Assembly: GCA_032161105.1 (NCBI GenBank)
Contig: JAVHTD010000012.1
DNA length: 64,000 bases
From: Candidatus Thermosaccharophagus tengchongensis
GTDB lineage: Bacteria; Armatimonadota; Fervidibacteria; Fervidibacterales; Thermosaccharophagaceae
Reading direction: 5' to 3' (one strand)
Part shown: piece after piece, positions 48,242 to 59,292 of the stretch
Layout of the letters: every line of letters begins with the position of its first letter
How positions within the stretch are numbered: position 1 is the stretch's first letter
Notes under the pieces: generated by a model
What the model was told of the DNA's origin: nothing
Database searches by the model: none
What the model saw: only the letters and a program-made list of their open reading frames with translations
Program-made: the position numbers and the translations under genes

Positions 48242-51226
48242 ATGGAGGGGTGCAAGTTGCTCTTTAAGTTGTGCACGACGGGGTTCGCACAGCGGTTGAT
48301 CGCATTCATCGCTGTTTGGTTGCACCTTCTTGTGAGCGCGCAGTTTTGTTGGCTTACTGCAAAGCCGAGCAAGTGGACGGTCATGGTTTACATGTGCGGC
48401 GACAACGACCTTGAAAGTGCCCTGATTAAGGATTTGAACGAGATGGAGAAGGTGGGTTCAACAGGCGATGTGAACATCGTTGTGCAGCTCTCACGCTCGC
48501 CATTCTACGACACATCAAATGGGAATTGGGTTGGGACAAGGCGATACTTCGTCACGAGAGACCCGTATGAGGATCCGTCACCGGATGTGCCGCCCAACAA
48601 CACCATACGATCGCAGATGCTTGCCGACCTCGGCACGCTCAACATGGGCACAAAGGGTGCGCTTGTTGACTTCGTCGCATGGGCTGTGAGAAGTTATCCG
48701 GCGGAGCGATACTTCCTCATCCTGTCGGATCATGGTTCTGGTGTGCGCCCGTTTGAGCGCAGGTTGTTGCACAGGGCGATAATCTTCTCCGACAGCTTCA
48801 ATGATTACCTCTCCAACCGAGAGCTCAAAGAGGCATTTTGGGAGCTGCGCCAGGGTGTCCTTGGCGGGAAGCCGCTCGAAATACTCGGCTATGATGCGTC
48901 GGAGATGAGCATGATTGAGAATGCCTATCAAGTCAGGCACGCAGCAAAGTATCTCATCGCGTCGCAGCTCTCGGAGCCAAATGATGGCTATCCATATGAC
49001 CGCTTCCTTGGCGAGCTCACATCAAACCCAAGCATACCCACCGAGGAATTCTTGCAAAGGTTTGTCAAGCACTATGTCGCATCGTATGAGCCGGGCAAGC
49101 CAACAAATGGTGCTGGAAGCTCCGTCACCATTGCCGTATACCGGCTTGATGCGCTTCAACCGCTTGTGAGCGCCATTAGTGAGCTCGCTGTTGCGTTAAG
49201 GCAAAGGCTTTCAGCTCATGCCGAGCTCATTGAGGGGTTGAGGCGTGTAACGCAATCGTTTTCGGAGCACATCTATCGCGACCTTTATCACTTTTGCGAG
49301 TTGCTCATACAGCGTTTTCCAGATGAGGCAGTAAAGGGTGCAGCGCACAAGGTCATTGAAGCTCACGGTCCGAGTGACTCAGGGGCGCTGTTCGCTGAGG
49401 CTCACAGGACTGGCTTTGATATCAATGTGGACAACGCTCACGGGATTGCAATCTACTTCCCGCCGCCGGAAGGGTTTGACAGCGCTTACTTGAGCGACCT
49501 TGATTTCGGAAGGGATTGCGAATGGGGAAGGTTCCTTGCAGCTCGCTCGGGGGCGGATTCGCTTCCGCCAATCATTCGCTTCCTCATGCCGAGTGCCGAT
49601 GGGATGAAGCTGCCTTTGACTCGTCCGATGTTAATTGTTGAGGTGAGGGACGATGGGTATGCCGGCTTGGACGATGCCTCAATCTCACTCTGGATTGATG
49701 GAAGCAAGCTGGATCCCAAGGAATTCCGCTACGATGCGCAAACGATGCTGCTCAAGGTGAAGCCGAATGTGCCGCTCAGTCCCGGAAGGCACACCCTCAC
49801 AGTCTCGGCAAAGGATAATTTCGGCAATAGCGCTTCATCATCAATCTCGTTTGAGGTTGCACCGCACACTTTGCGGAAAGGTGTGCGCATGTTCACACTC
49901 CCAATGGCGACAACATCTTCAGATCCAAGGGTTGTGCTCAATGATAGCTCCGCGATGTTAGCCCGTTGGGATAACAAAGCATCGGCATATCGCATGTTCC
50001 CGGCGCCGGATCCGGAAGGTTATGCCTCATTCAGACCGAGGGGGGTTAAAGTCGCATCGCCTCCGGCTGGTGTTGGCTATTTTGTTCGTTTGAAGAACGA
50101 TTCGGTAGTGCTCCATGCAGGTGAGCCAATTGACCCATCATTGCCCTACGATGTCTCGCTCCCGGCGGATGGCGCTTCTGTGTCATGGCACATGCTTGGC
50201 AATCCGTTCCCAGTGCCAATCAAATTGGGTTCCATCTTGGTGATTCGTAATGGTGAGGCAATGACGCTTGATGACGCATTGGCTAAAGGCATCGTCCTAT
50301 CGCCGCCTTTCATCTACTTGCCGCCAAGCGACCCATTCGCTCCCGGAAAGTATGCGGTCGTGGGATGCGAATTTGAATTGCAGCCGTTTGCCGCTTTCTG
50401 GATCGCCATTTCAGAGGATGTCACTGTGCGCTTCATGCCACCAGCCAGCAATTCCAGATCTACCGCCGCTTCAGCGGCTCACTCAAAGAGCTGCATATCG
50501 CGCCGCAGCTGGGTTGGCGAGCTGGATTGGCAAATCAAGCTGGTGGCAAGTTCTGCTGGTGAGAGTGATTCCGCCATCATCGCAGTGTCATCGCGAGGGT
50601 GTATCTCTCATGATGCACTTGATGTGCTTAAGCCGCCATCTCCGCCGGGTGCAAAGGTGCGTTGCTTCGCGCTGCAAAAGCTGTTTGGCAATCGTTTAGC
50701 CGAGTATGAGGTTGCTGTTCAACCGCGCAGCGCGCTTACCTCTTGGGATGTCATTGTGGATGCAAGCTTCGGCGATGTCGCCCTCTCTTGGGAGGGCATA
50801 TCCAATGTGCCTTCGTCCTATCGCCTCACATTGGTTGATGCTGCTTCTGGGAGGGCTTTATGCATGCGCCGCCACGCTCGGCTGACCTTGCAGAGGCGCA
50901 ATGAGCCATACAGATTGCGAGTCATCGCGCAGTTGAGGGGGAGTTCGGGGGCTAACATACTCGGTCTTTCGGCAACGCCATACCGAGGTGGTTTAGGCAT
51001 ACGGTTTACGCTTCTCACCGATATGGCTGTGTCAATTCGCCTGCGGGCATTGACTGGCAGGGTCATCGCAACTGTTCTCCAAAGGACGGAGATGGGTAGG
51101 GGCACACGAACCGTTTTCTGCCGCCTCCCGGAGGGTGTGACGGCACAAGTTGCCTTAGTTGAAGTTGTTGGAGAGGACGATGCCGGTAGGGTGAGCGTAG
51201 CTACATGCCTCGGAAGGTTAAGGTGA
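48242..51226 (+). CDS. Secreted clostripain (C11)-like protein with Ig-like and C-terminal beta domains
   Basis: WTVMVYMCGDNDLE, DLNEME, DHGSG and DASEM. Confidence 0.85.
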   Translation: MEGCKLLFKLCTTGFAQRLIAFIAVWLHLLVSAQFCWLTAKPSKWTVMVYMCGDNDLESALIKDLNEMEKVGSTGDVNIVVQLSRSPFYDTSNGNWVGTRRYFVTRDPYEDPSPDVPPNNTIRSQMLADLGTLNMGTKGALVDFVAWAVRSYPAERYFLILSDHGSGVRPFERRLLHRAIIFSDSFNDYLSNRELKEAFWELRQGVLGGKPLEILGYDASEMSMIENAYQVRHAAKYLIASQLSEPNDGYPYDRFLGELTSNPSIPTEEFLQRFVKHYVASYEPGKPTNGAGSSVTIAVYRLDALQPLVSAISELAVALRQRLSAHAELIEGLRRVTQSFSEHIYRDLYHFCELLIQRFPDEAVKGAAHKVIEAHGPSDSGALFAEAHRTGFDINVDNAHGIAIYFPPPEGFDSAYLSDLDFGRDCEWGRFLAARSGADSLPPIIRFLMPSADGMKLPLTRPMLIVEVRDDGYAGLDDASISLWIDGSKLDPKEFRYDAQTMLLKVKPNVPLSPGRHTLTVSAKDNFGNSASSSISFEVAPHTLRKGVRMFTLPMATTSSDPRVVLNDSSAMLARWDNKASAYRMFPAPDPEGYASFRPRGVKVASPPAGVGYFVRLKNDSVVLHAGEPIDPSLPYDVSLPADGASVSWHMLGNPFPVPIKLGSILVIRNGEAMTLDDALAKGIVLSPPFIYLPPSDPFAPGKYAVVGCEFELQPFAAFWIAISEDVTVRFMPPASNSRSTAASAAHSKSCISRRSWVGELDWQIKLVASSAGESDSAIIAVSSRGCISHDALDVLKPPSPPGAKVRCFALQKLFGNRLAEYEVAVQPRSALTSWDVIVDASFGDVALSWEGISNVPSSYRLTLVDAASGRALCMRRHARLTLQRRNEPYRLRVIAQLRGSSGANILGLSATPYRGGLGIRFTLLTDMAVSIRLRALTGRVIATVLQRTEMGRGTRTVFCRLPEGVTAQVALVEVVGEDDAGRVSVATCLGRLR

Positions 51227-51445
51227 TATGCTGCAGTTAGCACATTGCTATTGCGCTTGCGGCGCTAAAATTCTGCTTAGGCGTGCTCAAACCGGGAAGC
51301 GCAATAAGCTGACGGATTGTTTTTGAGGCTCTGCAAGCGCTTGCGTTGCGCAAAGTCTCCATAGGAGCAAGACAGCCTTTGTGGCAGCAATAAAAATGGC
51401 AAAGCAGTTATCAATGCAACGCATGCAGCAGGAGATGAGGCAGTG

Positions 51446-54400
51446 ATGTATCTCAAGCGGCTTGAGATTTATGGCTTCAAGAGCTTCGCCACAAAGACGG
51501 AGATTGAATTTTTGCCCGGCATAAGCGCCATAGTTGGACCAAATGGCTCCGGCAAGAGCAACATAGCTGAAGCAATCCAATGGGTTCTCGGTGAACGCAG
51601 CTACAGGGCATTGAGGAGCACTCGCTCTACGGACATCATTTTCGCCGGCAGCCAGAAGCGCAAGCCGATGAACATAGCCGAAGTGACGCTCACATTTGAT
51701 AACAGCGATGGCGCTCTCCCTATCGGCTTTAGCGAAGTCTCAATAACAAGGCGGATATACCGCTCGGGAGAATGCGACTATTTCATAAACAAGACGCCAT
51801 GCAGGCTCCGCGACATTCAGAACTTGCTTCTCAGCGTTGGGCTTTCCGCCGACGCATTCACGCTCATCGGTCAAAACGAAGTTGACGCCATACTCGCAGC
51901 TCGCCCTGAGGATAGGCGTGTCTTGTTTGAGCAAGTTGCCGGCACGGAATGTTATCAAGCGCGCCGTTTGGAAGCCCTGCGCAAGCTTGAGAGGACGGAG
52001 AGAAACATCGTTAGGTTGAGGGACTTGAGACACGAGCTTGAAGCGCAGCTTGAATCAATCGCCGAACAGGTGGAGTTGGCAAAGCAGTATAAGGGACTGG
52101 TGGAGCGCTACAGAAATTTGCAAATGAGCTTGCTCGGGTGGGAATGGGGTGTTAGGCAGAGGCGGCTGCAGAAGTTCTCTGAAGAGGCGGAGCAGTGGCG
52201 AGAACGCCTCTCGCAAGTTGAGGCTGGCATAAGCGAGCTTGAGAAAAGGCGCTCCGAAATTGAGGCTGAGCTGCACGAACTTGAAGGACAACTGGAGCAG
52301 CTTCGTGAGCGCTCTGTGCGTGCGGTTGAGACGGCAAAAAGCATTGAAGGGGAAATTGAGCTGGCAAAGCAACGGCAGCATCTCTTGCTGGAGCGAATTG
52401 AGGTTGAAAGGGGAGAGATGCAGCGGGCTCTTGAAAGGAAGCGCTCACTCCTCAAGGAGCTTGAGGACGCGCGCCAGAGGATAGCGGAGCTATCCAAGTT
52501 GGTGAGCGAGTGCGAGCGTGAACAAAACGGGCTTTTGGATGAGCTTAGGCAGGTTGAGGATAGGATAGCAGCTGAGGAAGTTGAAGCTGATTCGCTCCGT
52601 TCACAGCATGTTGAGACCATGAGGCTCGTCACCAAGCTGCGCAACAGGCTTGTTGATTGCTCTCATGCGGAGAGCGTTTTACGCCTGCGCGCTTCCGAGC
52701 TTGAGCGAGAGCGCACAGAGCTCACCGAGCAAGTTCAAGCGCTTGAAGCCAAGTTGAGCGAACTTGATGCCGAGTCAAACTCCGTAAAGCTTAGGAAGGC
52801 AGACATCCAAGAGAAGCTGCGCATGAAGCGCTTGGAGCTCTCGGAACTTGAACTCACCAACGATGAGTTGCGCTACAGGATTGCCACGCTGCGTGAGCTG
52901 CTCAGCGGCTTAAGGGCGCGCTTGAGCGCGCTTGAGGAGAGCGAGGCTGCATTGCACGGTATCAGAGAGGGACCAAAGAGCGTGCTAATGGCTTCGCGCT
53001 CCGGGCAGATACCAGGCAGCTATCAACTTGTTGCACACTTGCTTCGTGTCCCGAGCGAACTTGAAATTGCCGTAGCTGCGGCGCTCGGCAGCGCAATTGA
53101 ATACATCGTCACCGAAACAACAAAAGATGCGGAGGTCGCCATTGGCTACTTGAAGCGTAACCGCTCTGGGAGGGCTACATTCCTGACGCTTGACTTCATA
53201 CGACCCCGCCGAAGGCATGGTGGCGAGATTGATGAGGTTCTTGAACGCGCGGATGGCGTCATTGGATGGGCAAATGAGCTTGTCGGAGTAGCCGACGGTT
53301 ATGAGGCTGTGCGTGATTACTTGCTTGGCAATGTGCTCATCGTGAGAGACATGACTGTCGCTTCGGGCTTGGGGAGGAAAGTGAGTTCGGGTTTGCGCAT
53401 AGTCACCCTTGATGGCGAACTCATCATTCCGGGTGGTCCGATATCCGGCGGGTATGAGGTTCATTCGCTTCACATGCTCTTTGCGCGCAGGCGTGAAATT
53501 GATGAGCTGCGCAATCGGATACGGGATGCCGAGGTGAAGCTGCAGCGCTATGAGGTTGAGTTGAGGGAGAGATTGGCGCAGGTTGAGCGCCGCAGGGACG
53601 CCATTGAAGCGTTGGGCAATGAGTTGTCAGAGCTGAGCGAGCTTGAGGCGAGGTTGGACGCTGAGCGTGAAGCGACATTTAGGCGCATTGAACAGCTCAA
53701 TGAGCGCATTGAATTAATCGGCGTGGAGAGAGGGCAGCTTGAAGCGGAGCGTCAACAACTTGCAGCCGAAACCGATTCGCTCAAGTCGGAGTTAAGTAAA
53801 GCTGAGGCTCTCGCAGGCGAGCTTGAAAGCAGCATCTCTGAAGCCGTGGCTCGTATGGAGAGCCTGCTCAAGATGAGGGATGAGTTGGGCAAGCGCTTAT
53901 CAAATGTCCGCATGAGATTTGCTCAGCTCTCTGAGAAGCTCACCTCGGCTCAGTCAGAGGAGGCAAAGCTTTGTGAGATGCTCTCCGAGGTGGAGCAAAG
54001 GGCTTCGCGCTCCGAGCAGGCGCTCCTTTCACTTGAAGCCCAGCTGAATGAGCTATCGCAGTGCCTTCCAAAGCTTGAGGAGGAACGCAAGCGTCTAAGG
54101 CAATCCTGCGCTGAAGCCGAGGCTGCCTTTGAGCAATGGCGCCAGTATCGCTATGGGTTGCTTTCGGAGATTGATTCAATCGGCGCGCAGCTGCGCAGCC
54201 TCTCCAATGAGAAGGATGAAATTGAATCTGAGCTCAACAGGATTGAGGTGCGCATGGCGGAAGCACGCTATGAAAGCGATGAAATTGCGAGGCGGCTTGC
54301 CGAGGAATTCTCCACTTCACCACAAGAGGCATTGCGGCATGCCGAGGGGCTGCGGCAAAAGCAAGCGGCAATTGAGGAGCTGAATGAACTGAAGTCCAAG

Positions 54401-55027
54401 ATTGAGCAGATGGGTTTAGTCAATGTCGGCATCATTGAGGAGCACGAGCGGCTCAAAGCTCGCATTGAGCACCTTAAGGAGCAGGAGATGGATCTGGAGG
54501 CGGCGAGGGAGGACTTGCTCGCAATCATCCGGCAGATTGATGAGGAGACGAAGTCTCATCTCCTGAAAACGGTTGCGGCAGTTGAGCGCCAGTTTCAAGA
54601 GATATTCTCAAGGGTGTTCGGTGGAGGTGAAGTGCAGCTTGTGCTTACCGACTCAGAGGATGTCACTCATGCCGGGATTGAAGTGAGAGTGCGTCCGCCT
54701 GGTAAGGCAGTGCATGATTTGCTTGCGCTCTCCGGCGGTGAGCGCGCTATGACTGCCATATGCCTATTGTTTGCCATGCTCGGCGTTCGCCCAGTGCCTT
54801 TCTGCGTGCTTGATGAAGTTGACGCAGCCCTTGATGATACCAATGTGAGCAAGTTCGTTGGGCTGTTGAGGGATTTCAATGGGCGTTCGCAGTTCATCGT
54901 CATCACGCACAATCAGGGCACGCTTGAGGTCTCCGATAGGCTCTACGGAGTGACCATGGGTGATGATGGTGCTTCAAGGGTGTTCTCGTTATCGTTTGAG
55001 GAGGCAACCTCAACTGTCTCCGGATGA
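51446..55027 (+). CDS. smc: Chromosome segregation protein SMC
   Basis: GFKSF, GPNGSGKSN, hinge GRATFL, LSGGE and LDEVDAALD. Confidence 0.97.
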   Translation: MYLKRLEIYGFKSFATKTEIEFLPGISAIVGPNGSGKSNIAEAIQWVLGERSYRALRSTRSTDIIFAGSQKRKPMNIAEVTLTFDNSDGALPIGFSEVSITRRIYRSGECDYFINKTPCRLRDIQNLLLSVGLSADAFTLIGQNEVDAILAARPEDRRVLFEQVAGTECYQARRLEALRKLERTERNIVRLRDLRHELEAQLESIAEQVELAKQYKGLVERYRNLQMSLLGWEWGVRQRRLQKFSEEAEQWRERLSQVEAGISELEKRRSEIEAELHELEGQLEQLRERSVRAVETAKSIEGEIELAKQRQHLLLERIEVERGEMQRALERKRSLLKELEDARQRIAELSKLVSECEREQNGLLDELRQVEDRIAAEEVEADSLRSQHVETMRLVTKLRNRLVDCSHAESVLRLRASELERERTELTEQVQALEAKLSELDAESNSVKLRKADIQEKLRMKRLELSELELTNDELRYRIATLRELLSGLRARLSALEESEAALHGIREGPKSVLMASRSGQIPGSYQLVAHLLRVPSELEIAVAAALGSAIEYIVTETTKDAEVAIGYLKRNRSGRATFLTLDFIRPRRRHGGEIDEVLERADGVIGWANELVGVADGYEAVRDYLLGNVLIVRDMTVASGLGRKVSSGLRIVTLDGELIIPGGPISGGYEVHSLHMLFARRREIDELRNRIRDAEVKLQRYEVELRERLAQVERRRDAIEALGNELSELSELEARLDAEREATFRRIEQLNERIELIGVERGQLEAERQQLAAETDSLKSELSKAEALAGELESSISEAVARMESLLKMRDELGKRLSNVRMRFAQLSEKLTSAQSEEAKLCEMLSEVEQRASRSEQALLSLEAQLNELSQCLPKLEEERKRLRQSCAEAEAAFEQWRQYRYGLLSEIDSIGAQLRSLSNEKDEIESELNRIEVRMAEARYESDEIARRLAEEFSTSPQEALRHAEGLRQKQAAIEELNELKSKIEQMGLVNVGIIEEHERLKARIEHLKEQEMDLEAAREDLLAIIRQIDEETKSHLLKTVAAVERQFQEIFSRVFGGGEVQLVLTDSEDVTHAGIEVRVRPPGKAVHDLLALSGGERAMTAICLLFAMLGVRPVPFCVLDEVDAALDDTNVSKFVGLLRDFNGRSQFIVITHNQGTLEVSDRLYGVTMGDDGASRVFSLSFEEATSTVSG

Positions 55028-55057
55028 TACTGCGGTTTGCTATTGGAGTGGTGCTTC

Positions 55058-56230
55058 GTGGTCAATGTGACGAGGCTTTACTGCGGCGTGACCTGCAAAA
55101 GCGATGAACTGCGGTATGAGGGCAAAGGGCGCACGGCGAAAACTGGCATCCATCCACTGGTGGTTGTTTGGAATATCACGCGTGCATGCAATTTGAAGTG
55201 TGCACATTGCTATAGCGACTCAAGACCACACCGAAGTGAGGACGAGCTCACCACAGAAGAAGCCAAGGCGTTAATTGGCGAGCTTGCCCGGCTGCGCATA
55301 GCGCGCCTTTTGGTTTCTGGCGGTGAACCGCTTATGCGGGCAGATTTGCTTGAGCTCCTCAAGCATGCGAGTTCAAGCGGGCTGGATGTAGCCCTTTCAA
55401 CGAATGGCACATTGATAGACAACGATATCGCTGTTGAGCTAAAAGCAAGCGGTGTCCGTTATGTCGGGATAAGCTTGGATGGCATTGGGGAAGTGAACGA
55501 TAAGTTTCGCGGTGTGCGCGGCGCTTTTGAGATGGCGCTTAATGGGATTGAGAACTGCAAGCGTGTTGGGCTGCGCGTCGGCATCCGCATGACGCTCACA
55601 AGCTACACCGTTTCGCAAATTGAACCTGTGTTTGAATTTGCTTTGAGCAATGGCATTGACAGGCTTTGCTTTTATCATTTCATCCCATCGGGGCGAGGCG
55701 CTCTTGCCAGCGGGCTGGAATTAAGCCCGCTTCAAACGAGGCAAGCGGTTGAGCGCATAATGTGCAGCACGATAAAAGCCATAAGGCATGGTGCATTCAT
55801 TGAAGTGCTCACTGTGGGCAATCCAGTGGACGGCGCTTTTATCTACCTCAAGTTGCTCAGTGAGGATGGCGAGCGAGCTAACGATGCCTATAAGCTGTTG
55901 CGCTATACCGGTGGTGCGGCCAGCGGCTCTGGTGTTGGAGTGGCGTGCATTGATCATGTTGGCAATGTCCATCCGGATCAATTTTGGTGGCATTACAACC
56001 TCGGCAATGTGCGCTCAAATTCATTTTACAGGGTGTGGTTTGAGAGCGAGGACGAACTGTTGCATAAGCTGAGAGAAAGGCAAAAGCACATTTACGGAAG
56101 GTGTGCTCGGTGCCGTCTCTTTGAGATTTGTGGCGGCGGCATGAGGGTGCGTGCCGACATTGTGCTTGGGGATGCATTTGCTTCCGATCCGGGATGCTAT
56201 CTAAGTGACGAGGAGATAGGGTTAGGATAA
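55058..56230 (+). CDS. Radical SAM/SPASM protein, AhbC/NirJ-like
   Basis: VNVTRLYCG N-terminus, WNITRACNLKCAHCY, VHPDQFW and DPGCYL. Confidence 0.8.
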   Translation: MVNVTRLYCGVTCKSDELRYEGKGRTAKTGIHPLVVVWNITRACNLKCAHCYSDSRPHRSEDELTTEEAKALIGELARLRIARLLVSGGEPLMRADLLELLKHASSSGLDVALSTNGTLIDNDIAVELKASGVRYVGISLDGIGEVNDKFRGVRGAFEMALNGIENCKRVGLRVGIRMTLTSYTVSQIEPVFEFALSNGIDRLCFYHFIPSGRGALASGLELSPLQTRQAVERIMCSTIKAIRHGAFIEVLTVGNPVDGAFIYLKLLSEDGERANDAYKLLRYTGGAASGSGVGVACIDHVGNVHPDQFWWHYNLGNVRSNSFYRVWFESEDELLHKLRERQKHIYGRCARCRLFEICGGGMRVRADIVLGDAFASDPGCYLSDEEIGLG

Positions 56231-56325
56231 ACCGCAGTCCATCGCCGCGATTGACGCACTCGCAATTGGAGATAAAATTGCGAAATGATGGCGTGCGGCG
56301 AGCTTCAGCCACAGGGGTGATGCCG

Positions 56326-57351
56326 ATGATGAGATGGCTCTCAGATGGGAAAGTGAGGTTGTTAGCGCTATGCACATTGCTCTGGGTGTTTGCATCGGCT
56401 GCAGTCATTAAGTCATTTAGCGCGTTCTGTTATGCCCAAGGGGAAAAGAAGCCCCGTTTGCCAGAGGTGCAACTTGCTGGTATAAGGCTTGGTTCACTTG
56501 CTATTGAGCGTGATGAGGATGGTCACCTGTCACCATCTTGTTTGCTCCGTGTGTGGGGAGTGCCAGATTATGTTATCGCTCAAGTGCCACCGATGTTTGC
56601 ACCGACTGCGGCACCTGCAGCTCCAGTTCCCGGTGCAGAAGGGGCAGCTCCCGGTGCAATGCCTGGTGCAATGCCAGGCGCTATGCCGGGTATGCCTTAT
56701 GCTCCCGGTGCACCTGGAATGATGGGTGGAGCGCCTGCCGGTCCAATACAACCATTTGCTGGTGGCACTACAGTGATTCAGGCTCCGGGAGTGCTTGCGC
56801 AAACGATGCCGCCGTTGATGACAAGCGTCACTGCACCAGGCGCTGCCGGTGTTTTTGGCGGTCCGCCTGAAGGCGCAGCTATACCGGGTGCTGCTCCCGG
56901 CATACCCGGTGCACCTGGCGCTCCTGGCGCACCTGCTCCGGGTGCACCCGCAGCCCCTGCAATAGCTCCCGAGCTTTCTTGGGCGTTACCGGTTATTGTC
57001 CCACTGCGTGGCAATCAATGTTTGTGGGTATACAGGCGCGGCGACGCGACTCTCGGTTTCATCATAGACGGTGATGGAGCTGTTGTCGGAATAATCGTGG
57101 CCGGGGAGAAATTTGACGCTGCAAGGACAGCTCTTGGAAACCCGTTTAAGACGATCATGCTTGGCGATTCACTCCAACGAGTCTTGTCGCGCTATGGCTG
57201 GCCGGACGAGATTCGTTCGGCGAGCGGAAATATGCTCAGCAGGGATGTTGAACTGCGCTACCATCGGAGCAGCAACATTGTCTTCACGCTTCACGATTAT
57301 CGCGTCACGCGCATCTTCATCTTCATCCCGGAGCGAGCCGGATTGGATTAA
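56326..57351 (+). CDS. Exported protein with Pro/Gly/Ala-rich insert
   Basis: Hydrophobic N-terminus; PGAM and PGA repeats; start approximate. Confidence 0.7.
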   Translation: MMRWLSDGKVRLLALCTLLWVFASAAVIKSFSAFCYAQGEKKPRLPEVQLAGIRLGSLAIERDEDGHLSPSCLLRVWGVPDYVIAQVPPMFAPTAAPAAPVPGAEGAAPGAMPGAMPGAMPGMPYAPGAPGMMGGAPAGPIQPFAGGTTVIQAPGVLAQTMPPLMTSVTAPGAAGVFGGPPEGAAIPGAAPGIPGAPGAPGAPAPGAPAAPAIAPELSWALPVIVPLRGNQCLWVYRRGDATLGFIIDGDGAVVGIIVAGEKFDAARTALGNPFKTIMLGDSLQRVLSRYGWPDEIRSASGNMLSRDVELRYHRSSNIVFTLHDYRVTRIFIFIPERAGLD

Positions 57352-57380
57352 ACTCCTCGTGCAACGGGGAGATAAGGATA

Positions 57381-59186
57381 ATGGACGTAGAGCTGATCAG
57401 AGAGGTAAGGGAGAAAAACGACATTGTTGAAGTGGTTTCGTCGTATGTGTCATTAAAGCGCGTCGGAAAAAACTATGTAGCACTCTGCCCCTTCCATCAG
57501 GAGAAGACCCCCTCGTTCACGGTCAGCCCGGATAAGCAACTATGGCATTGCTTTGGTTGTGGGCTTGGTGGCGATGTGTTTAGTTTTGTGCAGCGCATTG
57601 AGGGCATCTCGTTTGGTGAGGCGTTGAAGAAACTCGCTGAGCGTGTCGGGATAAGAGTTGAGAGGGTGAGCAGGCAGGAGGCTTCACTTCGGGCAAGGTT
57701 GATTGAGATAAACAAGCTCGCAATGGATTTCTATGAGCGCACCTTATGGTCGGATGCGGGGAAGGTTGCGAGGGATTACTTGAAGCGTAGGGGAGTAAGC
57801 GAAGAGATTGCAAGGCGCTTCCACTTAGGTTATGCTCCAGGGGAGTGGGAGGCGCTGGCAAGTTATCTGAGGGCTCGTTCTGTATCGCTGGAGGAAGCTG
57901 TTGGAGCTGGTTTGCTTGTTCGTGCTGAGACTGGAGATAGGTATTATGACCGCTTCCGCGACAGGCTCATGTTTCCCATCATATCGGTGAGTGGCGATGT
58001 TGTAGGGTTTGGTGGGAGAGCTTTGGGTGACAACCCCGCAAAGTATATCAACACACCTGAGACTGCGGTATTTCGGAAGCGCGACACGCTTTATGGTTTG
58101 AACTTCGCCAGGGTTGCCATTCAGCAGAGCAATGCAGCCATCGTTGTTGAGGGTTACATGGATGTGATAGCGCTGCATCAGTTTGGTTTTCAAAATGCGG
58201 TTGCGACGATGGGGACTGCCCTGACACCGCAAATGCTCTCACAGCTGCGCAGGTATGCCCGCCGCATCCATCTCGCCTTTGATGCCGATTCAGCCGGCAT
58301 GAATGCGATGCTTCGCTCATCGGCTCTCTTCCGCCAAGAGGGGGTTGAAGTGACAGTGGTGGCGATGCCGGAGGGGATGGATCCCGATGAGTATGTGAGG
58401 CGGAAGGGAGCCGAAGCTTTTAAAGCGTTGGTTGAGAGGAGCTTGAAGATGTTAGACTACAAGATTGAGCGTTTCCTTTCATCGGACGAGGGCTCAAAGC
58501 CGACCTCTCAGGCATTGCGCCATCTTATCGCAATCCTGAGGGAGGTGGATGACCCGCTCGAGAGAGAGGGGGCAATGCAGCGTGTGGCAAGGTTCTGGTC
58601 AAGAGGGGATGGTGAGCGGGTCATCCATTTCCTTGAAGCCATAAGGAGTGCGTGGAGGAAACACGAGGTGGCATCATCAGCGCCGTCAGCCCGTCCCCGT
58701 GTGGACGATACGATTGAGCGCTCGTTGCTTGAGAGCTCAAGGGCACCGTTGCCAAAAGGTGTGGAGCAGGCTGAGAGGGAACTCATTTCAGCAATGCTCC
58801 AGGATGAGTTTGCGGCTCGCAGGATAATTGAGCTGTTGCCCCCGGATGAGTTCATCCTTCCATCGCACAATCAAATTGCGCGCATTGTTGCAGCGTGCAT
58901 TGAGGGTGACGAATTCCACAAGCTCCCGCAATACATATCTGAGCTGCTGGATGAACAGCTTCGTTCCGAAGCCTGCGGTCTGATGATGGCCGATTTGAGC
59001 TTTATGAGTGTTGAGGGCGCGATTGAATCGCGAGTTGAGACTATAAGGCGCTACAAGATCAAGCAGCAATCAAAGCGGATGCGCGAGCGGCTGTTGAAGA
59101 TGGCGGAAAGCGGTGTCATTAACAGTTCGTCACCCGAGGTTGCGCAGTTGCTTGAGCTTGAAAGGCAGTTGCGCGGGAAACGCTGA
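57381..59186 (+). CDS. dnaG: DNA primase
   Basis: CPFH..CFGC zinc finger, KYINTPET, VEGYMD and FDADSAG. Confidence 0.97.
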   Translation: MDVELIREVREKNDIVEVVSSYVSLKRVGKNYVALCPFHQEKTPSFTVSPDKQLWHCFGCGLGGDVFSFVQRIEGISFGEALKKLAERVGIRVERVSRQEASLRARLIEINKLAMDFYERTLWSDAGKVARDYLKRRGVSEEIARRFHLGYAPGEWEALASYLRARSVSLEEAVGAGLLVRAETGDRYYDRFRDRLMFPIISVSGDVVGFGGRALGDNPAKYINTPETAVFRKRDTLYGLNFARVAIQQSNAAIVVEGYMDVIALHQFGFQNAVATMGTALTPQMLSQLRRYARRIHLAFDADSAGMNAMLRSSALFRQEGVEVTVVAMPEGMDPDEYVRRKGAEAFKALVERSLKMLDYKIERFLSSDEGSKPTSQALRHLIAILREVDDPLEREGAMQRVARFWSRGDGERVIHFLEAIRSAWRKHEVASSAPSARPRVDDTIERSLLESSRAPLPKGVEQAERELISAMLQDEFAARRIIELLPPDEFILPSHNQIARIVAACIEGDEFHKLPQYISELLDEQLRSEACGLMMADLSFMSVEGAIESRVETIRRYKIKQQSKRMRERLLKMAESGVINSSSPEVAQLLELERQLRGKR

Positions 59187-59292
59187 TGATAAATGAACAG
59201 CTCACAAAACCTTGAAGCCCGGATAAAAGGTCTACACATTGATTTGACAAGGTGCACAAGGAAGCCCTTCTCGCTCCTCTTGGGGCAAAGGG

